A DNA stretch of 62,343 bases, the filler included, from Sphacelaria rigidula (lineage: Eukaryota): assembly GCA_964200075.2 (NCBI GenBank). It is 9 parts of 9 records of this genome, joined end to end, with 100 filler letters (N's around TTAATTAATTAA, not from the genome) between each part and the next. Parts side by side here need not be neighbours in the genome. Positions count along the whole stretch, not along the records: positions 20,817 to 27,654 come from CAXNAA020017826.1; positions 27,755 to 34,592 come from CAXNAA020017827.1; positions 34,693 to 41,530 come from CAXNAA020017828.1; 6 more parts are not named here. One strand, 5' to 3'. A program made the position numbers and the translations under genes. Positions 23,106 to 35,004 of the stretch are shown piece after piece. A model generated the notes under the pieces. The model worked only from the letters and a program-made list of their open reading frames with translations, searched no databases and had not been told where the DNA came from. Each line of letters begins with the position of its first letter. The first letter of the stretch is position 1.

Positions 23106-25641
23106 GAAATAATAACAATAGCAGTGTCCGCTGCGCCATTAGACCATCGGGGCGCGGCGACATGCTCTAATGATATACAACTGAAAGCTGGTAGGTCGGG
23201 TGGACGCCGGTTGGATTTCCAGCAGATTCACTTGTTTTGTTTTTGCTGTGCTTTGTTCTGTGTTTTAGATCATAAGCATTTACTTCCGTCGTTGAAGACG
23301 TGAGCACGTGAGTCATGAAGAGTGCGTTGGACGAGAGTAGTAGTAGACGTGGTGCGGGAGTGATCATTCTATCAAGCCGCGAGACAAACATGTAAGACGT
23401 GTACCCGGAGGAGAGAAGGGCTGATCCGTTGACCCCATGAACTGTCCCGAGGGGGGGGGGAGGGTACAAGTGTGACGAAAAAAAGAAAAACTCGCTCGGG
23501 AGGAAATGGCTACGTATCTTATCGATTGATTGATTGGTAGGTTGATCAATCGATATTTTGATTGTCGCATATTAACTGATTCCCTAAGGATCCCGCCATG
23601 GTCACAAGATACCCTCACGTAGGAGCAATGTCACGGTAGGGGTGCACTTGTTTTTTCAAGTCTCTGTTGTTGTACAAGGGTCTCGATGAAAAATATCTGA
23701 GGACCTTAGTGTGCCGCCTCAGAAAACTTCTGGATTGAAAAGTGCAACCCTACCGTGTCAATTACTTGTAAGGTAAACAAAACGGAAACAGTCGCGAAAG
23801 GGAACCCGCGAAAAGAGGCAAACGCCAAAGGAAAAAGAAGGAACAAACACGCACACAGCGCAAACTGAGTTATTCCGTTAACGAGGGACAAACAAAACAA
23901 CGGAGAGATTTGTTTTAAGGAAGGATCGGAAAGAAGAATTGGGGCACGAATGGTACCCGGTCCCGATGAAACTGATGAAAGTGATCTTAAAATAATAATG
24001 GGAAGAAGCGGCAAAACAAGGAACAAGATAGAAACGCCGGCCCCTGCAGCGCTTGGCTTCCAGAGAAAGGACCGTGCTAAGTCCTGCCTAATAATAGTAA
24101 TCTGTAGAAGACAACAACACAAGTCTATGGCATAATTAACCATTTTTCGAAAAAATCAGTCGACTACGACGATCTTCGAAAAACGATATTACAGACGCTG
24201 ATCCGCCCGAGGGAAATCATTTGAATAAACTGATCTCCGCAAAAAGATAAATACAAGAAATGAATACCGTTCGTTTCAAATACACGCCTTTTTCTCGTCA
24301 TCAATACTAAAGGTAGCGCCGTGCGCGAAACACTTGTCGACGCACAGTATGACTGAGCTCAGGGGGGGAGAGTGTTGCACTCAGGCTGGTTAAGATCGGA
24401 CATGTTCAGCTCGCACAATGCTCCCACATCGACCCTTCACGAATAAACGAGGTCGGTTATCGTTTCATCTGAGGATCACGTTGACCTTTTGAGAATGACC
24501 CACGTAAATGCTCGAATCATGACAGTCTCACAGTCAAACAATTTTCACGTGAAAAAACACCATCAGTGATGCCAACTCATCAGAAGGATACAATTGCGCG
24601 GTCAGAGGTTCGTTGATGAAGATATTCCACGTGCTTGCCATTGGAGGGCCACGCACCCGTGTACCAACTAATATGCCACATCCATATTTTTCTAAGCTGA
24701 TATTATTTTCCATTATTTGAATAATCCTACGACATAAGAGAGGTGTTGTGGCTGCGCGAAAAACAGGAGTTGTCAATGGCAGTGTGGCAGAACTCCGCAT
24801 GCCCACACTCACTACGGTCCTGTATCATGGGGGCGGGAACGTGGTCAAGCCATGTGCATAAGTGTGCCATCATCTTCATAACGAGGGCATTCGAGCGTTG
24901 AATTTTCTATCTACATAGACGTTTTCAAGCGTCTTCTTCATGCAAAAAATGTCTCGAACCCCCCCCTCAGCGTCTTGTTTCGCGGTAACCATGATGATGG
25001 TCGAGCTCAATCATGTTGTGCGAGATGGGAGCACCTGAATTCCGCGCACGCGGGGATGATCGTACCACGTAGTGTTTAAATGATGAAAACCACCCATGAG
25101 GCAGCGTGTAACCCATGGCTGTCTCTGGAGGTGGCGATACCAGAAGATGAAGCAACGCATTGGAGGCTGTCATCCGAATGCGAGGTCATCAGTACGCTTC
25201 GGGCCGAACAATCTTACTTAGCAGGATGCAGTTCACCCTTGATGTGACTCACCGACCACATCACGGCGCTTGGCGCTTGGTGATTGATTGCGAGCCTGGT
25301 CCGTCGAAAATCCGGCGTGCTCCGTCCCGCCTTCGTAGGGATGCCCGATCAATGGTCTTATGACCATGGCATGCAAGATCACCAGTACCCTCTCCCCCGC
25401 CACTAGAAAAAAAAGTCCCGAACCGGCAAACACAAAAGATATACAAAACCCTAAATAACCAATTTTGTTCCCCCTCAGAAACACACAAGATGAATATAGA
25501 CATGATATAACAAAGCTGGCCCTTTTTTTTTCAACTCCTTCCTTTTCCCTACTCTGTGTTATCCGCTTCTTTTTCGTCTTTTTCTTTTTCTTTTTCCTCT
25601 TTCTCTACATTTTTTCCCCCTCGTTCTGTTTTTTTTTTTCG

Positions 25642-26480
25642 CTACCATATCACAGCCCGGACATGGACATGAAATAGAGAAGCTAACCATCCCTTTTCTT
25701 TAACCTACCATATCACAGCCCGGATATAGACATGAGATAGAGCAGCTAAACCTGCTTTTTCTGTAATCTACCATAAGACAGCCCGGACATGGGCATAAAA
25801 TAGAGAAGCTAACTATCCCTTTTCTTTAACCTATCATATCACAGCCCAGAAATGGACATGAAATAGAGAAGCCAACCCTGCTATTTCTGTAACCTCCCAC
25901 AACACAGCCTAGACATAGACATGAAATAGAGAAGCTAGCCCTGCTTTTTCTTCAATCTGCCAGAATACAGCCCGGACATGGACATAAAATAGAGAAGCTA
26001 ACCATCCTTTATGTTAATCTACCATAACATAGCCCGGACATAGACATGAAATAGAGAAGCTAACCCGCTTTTTCTTTAACCTACCATAACACAGCCTGGA
26101 CATGGACATGAAATAAAGAAGCTAACCTGATTTTTCTTTAGCCCGCCATAACACAGCCCGGGCATAGACATGAAATAGAGGAGCTAAACCTGCTTTTTCT
26201 TGAACCTACCATAACACAGCCCGGACATGGACATGAAATAGATAAGCTAACCCTGTGTTTTCTTGAAGCTACGATGAAACAGCCTGGATATGGGCATGAA
26301 ATGAATAAGCTGACCCTGCTTTTTCCTTAACCTAACATGGAACAGCCTGGATATAGACATGAAATGAAGAAGCTAACCCTGCTTTTTCTTCAACCTGCCA
26401 TGAAACAGCCTGGATATAGAAATGAAATGAAGAAGCGAACCCTGCTTTTTTTACCTACCGTGCAATAGCCCGGATATAGA
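25642..26480. repeat. 63-bp tandem satellite, ~13 copies (an extra partial unit at 48241-48310)
   Basis: Unit CTACCATATCACAGCCCGGACATGGACATGAAATAGAGAAGCTAACCATCCCTTTTCTTTAAC with starts at 25642, 25705, 25768 and so on. Stops occur in all frames. Confidence 0.95.
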
Positions 26481-26736
26481 CAAAAAACAGCGAGAAAAAC
26501 ACATATACTTTCCCATATCAAGATGGGAAATAACTCAGATTCTTCCCCCTCTGTCATAAAAAAGACGAGACAAGAATAAAACCAAAACCTAGACAGGTGA
26601 GTAATAGCGTAAAGGTTGACCACCTCACATGCAAATCAAAAATACAAAATACATAACAGGTACGAATAGGGTAGGATCATCACCCCCTCCATGTCAAATT
26701 CACATGAAGGCTAGGGTCTCGTGGTGAGATACCCGT

Positions 26737-27654
26737 AAAACCCTACCGGTTTCCATTAGGCGGTGGAAGTCTGGTCAGCCGGTTTCCTGAAATTTCCGAC
26801 ATTAGGTGCAAAAGGCACCTAATGAAGGGAGGGGGTGGACAATGCGTCAAGAATACTGCACCGACCACATGACCATACGAGAAGGAGCACCAAGCGGTAC
26901 GTAGACTTCTTGAGATCTTGAACGATAGAAGCTGGTACGAAGTGTGGATGAATCGTTGGCCAAGCTTCGACAGCTAAGGTATACCCGGAAGCACTAGTGG
27001 AGTAGCGACCCATGGTGAATCGTACATGGAGTGGGAAAAGTAATGTACGGGACATCCCGATGTGAGTGAGGCCTTGTGTTATGCAAGCCGCCCTTGAACC
27101 TTACACGGTGAAAATGACCTCCCCGGAGGAAAGTAACAGTACAGCAGCGAGACAAGAAGACGGAAGATACGATCGTGGGACGCCTGGATGGTTTACCTGG
27201 CACAAACGTGGGGTACTTGTGTGTCAAAGGTGTTGAACTTGGCTTCAGGCCACGAGCCCGTGTTGGAGGTATTACTTAGTGTCGGTGAGCCAGCAAAAGA
27301 ACTAAAAAGCACCATACCCCCAACGAGTACCAGGATTGGGATGTCCCAGTACGTTGAGTACATTTCACCAATACACTCGAAATGTACAAGCTGGAGATTC
27401 TCTGGAAGGAGACCGAGAGAGACGGTAAGGAAGGGCGGATGGAGAAGTAAAGAATGGTCGGGTAAGGTATTAGTAGTACTGGTATTCAGAGTCCGCAGCG
27501 ACATGACGAAAATAGAGTTCAAAACGAAATGCGATGAAGTTGGGTTATACTGTTCGGCAGGAGAAAAAGTAGAAAGGGAGGGAGAACACTTCCGAGTCAC
27601 GCTAAAACAGAGAGCGAGCAAGGAGTGGGAAAGAATAGAAACAAGTAAGGTATC
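26737..27654 (-). pseudogene. Possible decayed Penelope-like retroelement 3' region (GIY-YIG-like remnant)
   Basis: One frame reads RLA*HKASLTSGCPVHYFSH...LSKLGQRFIHT, resembling the RxxEH...PVxxHF...ExxFI pattern, with a Cys pair upstream. A hammerhead-like remnant lies downstream. Highly degenerate. Confidence 0.3.
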
Positions 27655-27754
27655 NNNNNNNNNNNNNNNNNNNNNNNNNNNNNNNNNNNNNNNNNNNNTT
27701 AATTAATTAANNNNNNNNNNNNNNNNNNNNNNNNNNNNNNNNNNNNNNNNNNNN

Positions 27755-28205
27755 AAGGGCACGTACCGGGGGAGGGATGGGTTGATCCCTTGAGACCACG
27801 GACTAGTCCCGACGAAGGGGAGGGGTATAAAGTGTGAGGGAAAAAAAAAAGTACCCGCTGCGTAGGTTGGATGTGCGGAGCTTTCAAGATGAACGGGCAT
27901 CATGGCGACCGCGTGCGTCCGCAGCCGCTGCTTGCCAAGATGCTGCCTGTTATGTTTTGTTGAGGAAGCGTAGTTTGAACGCAAGGGTTCAGCCCGTCAG
28001 GACCACTGTCTTAGACAAGCATCACGCTACTTGCGACTTACGCCCGTCTTTTTTTCATTTAATTTTTGGTCTCACTTCTGACCCACGACACGCCCTTCCC
28101 CGGTGAAAGTCCGTGGGCTTGAGGGGTCAATCCATTTCTCCCCCGACACACGCTTTGCATCTTGGTATTGCGGATTGGATTTGGATTCCCGCACGGCGTC
28201 GACTA
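27755..28205. mobile_element. Two SINE family B 3' fragments (27755-27850 +, 28045-28205 -)
   Basis: GGATGGGTTGATCCCTTGAGACCACGGACTAGTCCCGACGAAGGGGAGGGG...GTGTGAGGG(A)n and its diverged reverse complement. Confidence 0.75.
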
Positions 28206-28774
28206 CCATCCAACAAACTCAGCTAAATAGACTCTCTTTGCTACTTACGTCTTCAGGCTTTCAATGACAGAAAGCAGATCTCGGGAAAAAAGGTGCACTA
28301 GCTCCATTGCGAAGACTTGCTCACCTACACTCGACAATATTTCGCGCGTCATAAATGCTTTCTGTATTGTAAGACCAATTCGTATGGGTCGAACAAAAAT
28401 CTTGCCGTGCCATGCACTTTTGGGCAATCGGGAAGGTTTCTATGATTTTCTGTTCGTAGCCAAGAGTCAAGCTGCGCGCTCCGAAAATCATCAAAGCGTT
28501 CCTAAATCCTCCCACAGCAAGCCTGTAGAGCAAGTCATTTCAAGGTGGCAATATTCGCCTGGCCGCCTTTCCACGCGAAAAATGCTGCCGAATAGCCAAG
28601 ATATGTTATTTTGATCGATTACTCTTGTTTCCATACGTAGTAGTCTTAGAGTGGCGACAGCATGTGTACAACTGTGCACCGAGAAAGTGTGGTTTGTGAC
28701 AGTTTGTGTGTGCGCTTTTCCATGAGGCGCGCGCATACAGATATGATTGGATTTTCCTCAAATGTGAACATGGG

Positions 28775-29036
28775 ACTAATGCCGAGATAGCCCCCCCCCT
28801 CCCCCCCCGCGCAAAAGTGCACCGGAGACCGCCCGACAAACCGGCTGCGATCATGCTATTGGGCTCGTTTGCAGCAATTTCGCACACATGAGAGGCGTGT
28901 AGCAGTCCGGAATCAGCTGTAACGCTTAATTGAGTCGTCGTGCAGCACGAAACCAGCTCTAACAGCATTTATGATCATCGCCTCCGTGCACTTTTTTGGC
29001 CGGTTCGGGGGGGGGGGGAGCTATCTCGGCAGCAGT
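28775..29036. mobile_element. MITE with imperfect TIRs (the right end of a second copy at 13879-13964)
   Basis: ACTAATGCCGAGATAGCCCCCCC ... GGGGGAGCTATCTCGGCAGCAGT. The right arm matches 13879-13964 on another scaffold. Confidence 0.75.
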
Positions 29037-31524
29037 TATAAATCACCCACCCCGAGTGCATCAATCTCAGCTGCTCAACAGCCACCACGCGACAAATACT
29101 TTGTATACTCGGTAGCAGTGGGCCAGAACTTCACCTGCGAGTGTGCTCCAGATATCTGCCACACCGTGGCATGCGTCGCCTTACTGACGCTAAGATGTGT
29201 TCGCTAAAAGGAGCTCGTTTTTTCAACAGCCTAAATGTTTTTAATCCGAAGTAATAATTCCAAACTCTTTCCTCCGCAAGAAAAAGTAAGTCCAAATTAT
29301 TTTTGTTCGTTTTTCCTAGTGTGTGTGTGAGGAGTTGTCGCTGCGAACAATCACCTAGCAGTGCTACTTTGGAATGCGACACTTTTTGTCCCGAAATACA
29401 GGCCCTCAGCTGGGTACAACTCTAGTATGACTCTTTGAGCAATGTTCCGCTCAGCATATCCTTTTTTTAATACATCCGCAAACACCGGCGTACCATCTTG
29501 CAATGAAATCGGATGTCGCGAGTTTTTGGGCTAGGCGATGCACAATTGAAGATCATTCCTTCAGGGCAAACTGCGGCACGTGGAGGCAAACTCTATTGTT
29601 TGCAAGAGATTGCTACTCTTGTACTACATAATTTTTCATGTCACTGAGCGATGTCGCCATCACATTGCCAACAAAGCACGTTGGTTGAAGTCCACCAACG
29701 TGTCGAAAGCGCCGGCTAAAATATTTCAATCCTCCACATGATCTCACGTCAGTACGAATTGCACTTAGGCAGCTACTTTCTGGATACACCTATGCTGAAA
29801 TCAAATACAGGAATCTCACACGCCATGTAGTACATTGAAGCAAGAAATATATGCACGTGATGTGTGAATCATTGGAGCAGTCCATCGCACAAGGTTTGAT
29901 GAAGCCACACCCATCCCGCAGATTAAATGATGCAACGTAAGTTAGACGACCTTATGAATACCGGGACGTCGAAGAGTCCTTGAGTCTGCTTTAGTACACA
30001 GCCCGTATCCAATACCGACTGTACAGAGTTGCACCGACCTTCATACACGAGAGAACGACCGATCGAAAGACTGAAAAATTGAAAATTAAGGACATAATAG
30101 GACGTGAATGTCTTCCGTGCGACCTGAAGCAACGAGTACCCCGTACTTGGTGTAGTATGGGACCCAGACCTTGGGTTCCCGAGTAAGAGCCGTGTGCGAC
30201 GAACCGCCGAGCCTATTATGGTAATTTTAGAGATCGTTTTATCGTTTCGACCACATTTTTCATGCTCAACCATGCCGCACAGAGTTGGTGTTTCGGAATA
30301 AGAGTGGAAAATGCCATGGTGTAAGTAAAAACAATGCATCTGTTGTGTCAGCCCATCTACCATAATAGATCACAGAAGTATCGATCGTCAGTTTGTGCGG
30401 GATGATCAGTAGAATTGAGCCGGGCCTCTCGAACGGGTAGCTTTGAAGGCGTTCTACAGTTTTGTGCCAGAATGACTGTGATTACACCCTTCATTGAGTC
30501 TACCCACTCCTCTGTCTCCTGTTGTTGAAGGTGGGAAAAACGTGACCCTACAAGGTAGAACCGGTTCAGGAAGGAGACATGCTGAAGCCACGTGTAATAA
30601 CACCGGTCATGTGAAAAGCCTCGTTCCCTTCGATGTTCTTGGCTGCATGCATGTCGAACCATTGAAATATCTGCTTCTGTGGAAGTTCCTCTTGACACAT
30701 TCTCAAATAATACCGCCCTTGATGTGGCCGGGTGGTGCTTCATGCACGGCTTCCAACACGCCTTACTACAGACTTGACGCAGGTTCGTACGGTTCCGGTT
30801 CCCCGCTTAGCATATTACATGTTGCACTCAAATTCGCGAAACCAAATTCTCTCTATCCGCGATGAATCCACCAGAAACCAAACATATCACCTTGATAAAA
30901 CCCGACAAAATCAACGAACGACTATCCACAGGCGGGATTACTAGGCAAGCGAATTTTCATGATGCACATCAGCTGTGGGGACAAATGCGGGACAGCGCCG
31001 GTACAGAGGGACAGTCAGTGTTATTCTTCGCAAACCTACTGAACAACCGGACGTGCATTAGATGTAGGTGCTGGTATCGGACATCTATAGATTCAACGCG
31101 AGCTGGTAACAATTAGTTGGCAACGCGTGAACGAAAAATGACGTACCTCACGCCCGCATCGCTCACACGTCGAATGCATACCCTCAAGCGTCATCCTGGG
31201 ATGTACAATGGCTCCAAGGATGGTGGGGTTGAATGCGGGGCTGCAGCCCCTCAGAGTGTACCAAGAGTTATTATCCAAGTTTCTCATTTTCAAAGACGGA
31301 ACATTGAACAGGGAACCAGAACCAGAATAATCGGAGAAACAGAGACGGAGAACCTGAGAAGTATTGTTGGATTATGACTCAGTGTTACCGGATAGCAGAA
31401 CATGTGAAAAACGCGGCGTGATCACCCCTGTCTAGAGGAGCTAGATTACACACCTGAGCTGGCGCCACTGTGCAGTCTAGTCAAAGACACTCATCCCTCC
31501 TGCGAGAAATACCGCGTGGAAATC

Positions 31525-32623
31525 ATGCATATGCTTGGATATGGTTCCCTCGCAGCGGCAGCAGGAATAGTGGTGCGCTGCTCTGTGATCGAGGCATTCC
31601 ATCGTAATCCAGCAGCAGGGTTCATCGTTTTTCGTGGATCGACAAATCGAGTCAGTTCCCGACAAGGAAGACGCCATGCGCCGTCGATGACCCCGCCAGG
31701 ACGACGGCGGCAGTTCCCATCCCCCGGTAACCATAGCGGCCGCCACTCTCTTCCCTTGGTGACGACAGTACGATCGATGTCGTCACGAGCAACCGTGGAT
31801 GCAGAAGTTGTAGACATTATTGATGTCACCGAGGAAGAGGCGCGGGAGGAAAGGTGGCGGGCGCAGCAGCGAGTGGAAGATATGGCGGGTAAGACTGGTA
31901 GCGCACAGCGGCGGCCAGCGGCAGAGATAGCTAAGGATGTTCGGGGTTTGGCCGAGGAGGCGATTAAGCTTGTGAGAGAGGCAGGTCCGCGGTCGGTCGG
32001 CATTCGCGGGATAAGTGCGAGCAGGTAGAATATGTGGAAGTTTCGTGGCTTCGGCGCTGCACGTATACACAATGAGTTAATATTCGTAGACGCGAGTTTG
32101 CTGAGAACTTGTCTGAGCAGCCGCCGGGGTTCAGGTGCGCACCCACAAATGTAGTCAACATGTGTTTCATACTTTCAGCAGAATGTATATCGTAGGCATT
32201 TTTTTTATCGTTTCTACAGCCGTTTGCCGGTGGGCACTTTGTATTCTGCAGTCTGCAGTACAGATGTACAGGATCAGTCGTGCTGTAGGACGTTCCAGGA
32301 CTGGCCTTCGAGGACAATTGAGCAAACAACGGATACGCGCGCACACAAGAGGCTCTCTTCCCCACCCCGAAAAACAACTGCAACACAGGGCCGTTCTGCT
32401 CACTCTGGGTGATCTAGTACAGGACTGGAGGGGGGGGAAATTGCTGCGGCCAAAGGATATTGCGTCGGATGGATTGGCTGGTGGCGCTGCTTCTTCTGCT
32501 GCTTCCGCTGGTGGTGCCGGTACCGCTGATACTGCAGCAGGCGCCGCAGCAGGGGCGGCGGGCGTGGCCCAACAGCTTGACTCGGCCGGGGTAGCGCGTG
32601 CTTTGCGCAAGCTTTTTGAACGG
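31525..32623 (+). CDS. Plastid-targeted ABC1/UbiB atypical kinase, first two exons (31525-32024, 32389-32623), partial
   Basis: Signal-peptide-like N-terminus ending VIEAF, then an R/S-rich transit peptide. EAGPRSVGIRGISASR|AVLLTLGDLVQDW...ARALRKLFER|gtgag matches, from memory, the GPR...LRKLFER segment that precedes GATYIKLGQ in plant ABC1K9-type kinases. The phase-2 intron is consistent. Confidence 0.7.
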
Positions 32624-34692
32624 GTGAGAAGAGCAGGGTCGACGCGTTGGACATCTTGAATTCCGCCGAATCTTGAAGCCGCCGTGCACGCATCTCGTGT
32701 GGTCTAGTACTGCAGTCGGCGTTTCGGCGCGATCAGTTGGTAGTCCAAAACCTTTTCACTTCTGCATACACAGTATCTTGTGCTGGTTCGACATTTCATG
32801 TGGTAACCTGCCTCTGCAGTTCTTGTGTTACACGTCATATTCTACAATCGTTAGGAACGTCAGCCACAATACCTCGTTGCGCCGGAAAGAGGCCCGCGGT
32901 GGTGGAGTGGGATGGGGGCTACGTAGGCGACTGGGTTATTATCCACGATATTGCAGATATAACGAGTAACTTATTTAGAAGAATATGTTGTTTTATATTC
33001 TTCAAGTTATTTAGAAGAGTATGTTGTCTGAGCACGACCTACTTGCATAGCAACGTCATGGCATGTCTGTATAGCCAAGTGATGACAATGTTCATCGATG
33101 ATGTCCACGAAGCACGAGGACAGAAATCAAGAACCGATCAATGATCGTCACTTAGCCGACGCCTGAACATCCATTTCTGACGCACAGCTACGCCCTTCTA
33201 CAGCGCGGGGTGAGAAACACACGGGCACCCACCTTGACCGCCTATTGGCAACGTGTGCTGATTCGGTGGAGTGCTCGGCCGCTAACGCACTCCTTTCAAC
33301 GTGTAATTAAACAAGTGTTACAATACCTCATTGTTCTCCCCGACGGAGGGTGTACTCGTGATTTTGCATGCCGTAGCTATAGAACCGTTGACCTCGCATC
33401 GCTACGCGGAAGGGGGTGGCTGTGCTACCGGGACTTCTGTTGCGAGCCCGCCTGAAATTGCGTGTACTCACCGTACAAAGCTTGTAGAAGACACGAGAAT
33501 TGACATTCCCTTTTGGTCTCCTTACAGGATAAGAGGTAGGTACAAGAGCCGTGAAACGAACCGAGCTTCCGATCACAGTGTCCTAGGGGAGGAGGGTCAT
33601 GAAGTGTTAGAGCTGTGGACCGAGCTTACGCGCCTGCGTTGTGGTCCACTGAGCATGAAAGCACTGGAAATGCATACTTCGCCACTGTAGGTAGCCTTCT
33701 ATCACGATTACAACTTCCGCCGGGGGTGAGCTTGTTGCACAGATCACAATCGCCTTCCGCAAAATGACGGAGATTGAGCGCCGGCAATTCCATCGGACAT
33801 TGACGTAAGGTCTGCTATGAATCATGCAAGCAGAACGTCTCTGCTGTAGGCAAGTAAAAATGATACTTTGAGCGGGGCATTTCTCACAGCGAAAACTTTT
33901 CCACAGACGGTTTAGGCAGCACTGACAGTTGGTCGAAACCAACTTCATACTTCATGTTCGAATTCTGCTGGTCTGGGCCATTTTGTACTACCAACGAGCA
34001 CCAATCACGCACCCCGCCCGTACACGGGCGCCAAGCTAGACATACCAACAGCTTCCATTAGTGCAGTATCCCCTGCAGTGAGTCGTAATTGAACGGCCGT
34101 GGTACGCCTCAAGCTGTCTGCCCGCTGCAGTGTCATCAGTGCAAGCGGGTAAAAACGGCGACAGATCCTGGGCAGCAACATGCGAACAAGAGTCCGGCGA
34201 AGGTTGCGCCTCATGCCCGACCCTTGAATATCGTTACCGGGCCGTTTAAAGTTATTCCATGGTTGGTGTCGGGGGGTATTCGGTGGCCCTTAGTGTCATG
34301 ACAACGTTGCACTAGCTGCCGGCAACAACGACAGTCATGAGTGCAAACAAGTCTCCGGGCAAATCTAGTAGGACTGAGCAATACAGTCATGGGCGCGCCT
34401 GACCCCCCCAAATGGGCAAAAAAAGTGTCACCGACCAATATCACGAACAGACACGAACAGACCGGCTTCTGGGGCTTTTCCAGGCTCGTGGAGTAAAATG
34501 CGCCTCACGTCATCGATAGAAAACGGCATGAATCCAAAATTCATATCGAAAAAAAGTGGACTGCCGTCTAAACCAGAACCCTACCGTTATTTNNNNNNNN
34601 NNNNNNNNNNNNNNNNNNNNNNNNNNNNNNNNNNNNTTAATTAATTAANNNNNNNNNNNNNNNNNNNNNNNNNNNNNNNNNNNNNNNNNNNN

Positions 34693-35004
34693 GGTACGGT
34701 AGGTATTGAAATCTCGAAATACCCTGGTATCGTAGGTATCGTAGGTATGACATTCCAAAATACTGGATTGGGCGGGTACGGTAGGTACTGAAATGTCGAA
34801 ATACCCTGGTATCGTAGGTATCGTAGGTGAGATATTTAACAAGACCGGATTGGGCGGGTACGGTAGGTACTAAAATCTCGAAATACCGTGGTATCGTAGG
34901 TATCGTAGGTGATATATGAAAAAATACCGGATTGGGTCGGTATCGGTAGGGTATGGGATGTCCCAAATACCGGTACCGGGTACCTACCTTACCTACGGTG
35001 CCTG
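34693..35004. mobile_element. End of a DNA transposon with ~83-bp subterminal tandem repeats, interrupting the gypsy chromodomain
   Basis: Repeats of GGTACGGTAGGTACTGAAATxTCGAAATACCCTGGTATCGTAGGTATCGTAGG. The terminus reads CAGGCACCGTAGG on the minus strand, directly after chromodomain codons WEPF. Confidence 0.65.

Noticed and set aside
25642..26480. CRISPR array
   Set aside because: The whole 63-bp unit repeats with no unique spacers, there are no cas genes, and the context is eukaryotic. The same applies to 55700-55965 and 34693-34990.
30480..31290. Minus-strand gene divergent from the ABC1 kinase (MTLEGMHSTCERCGRE|gtacgt)
   Set aside because: A donor site is present but no coherent downstream exon or domain could be assembled.
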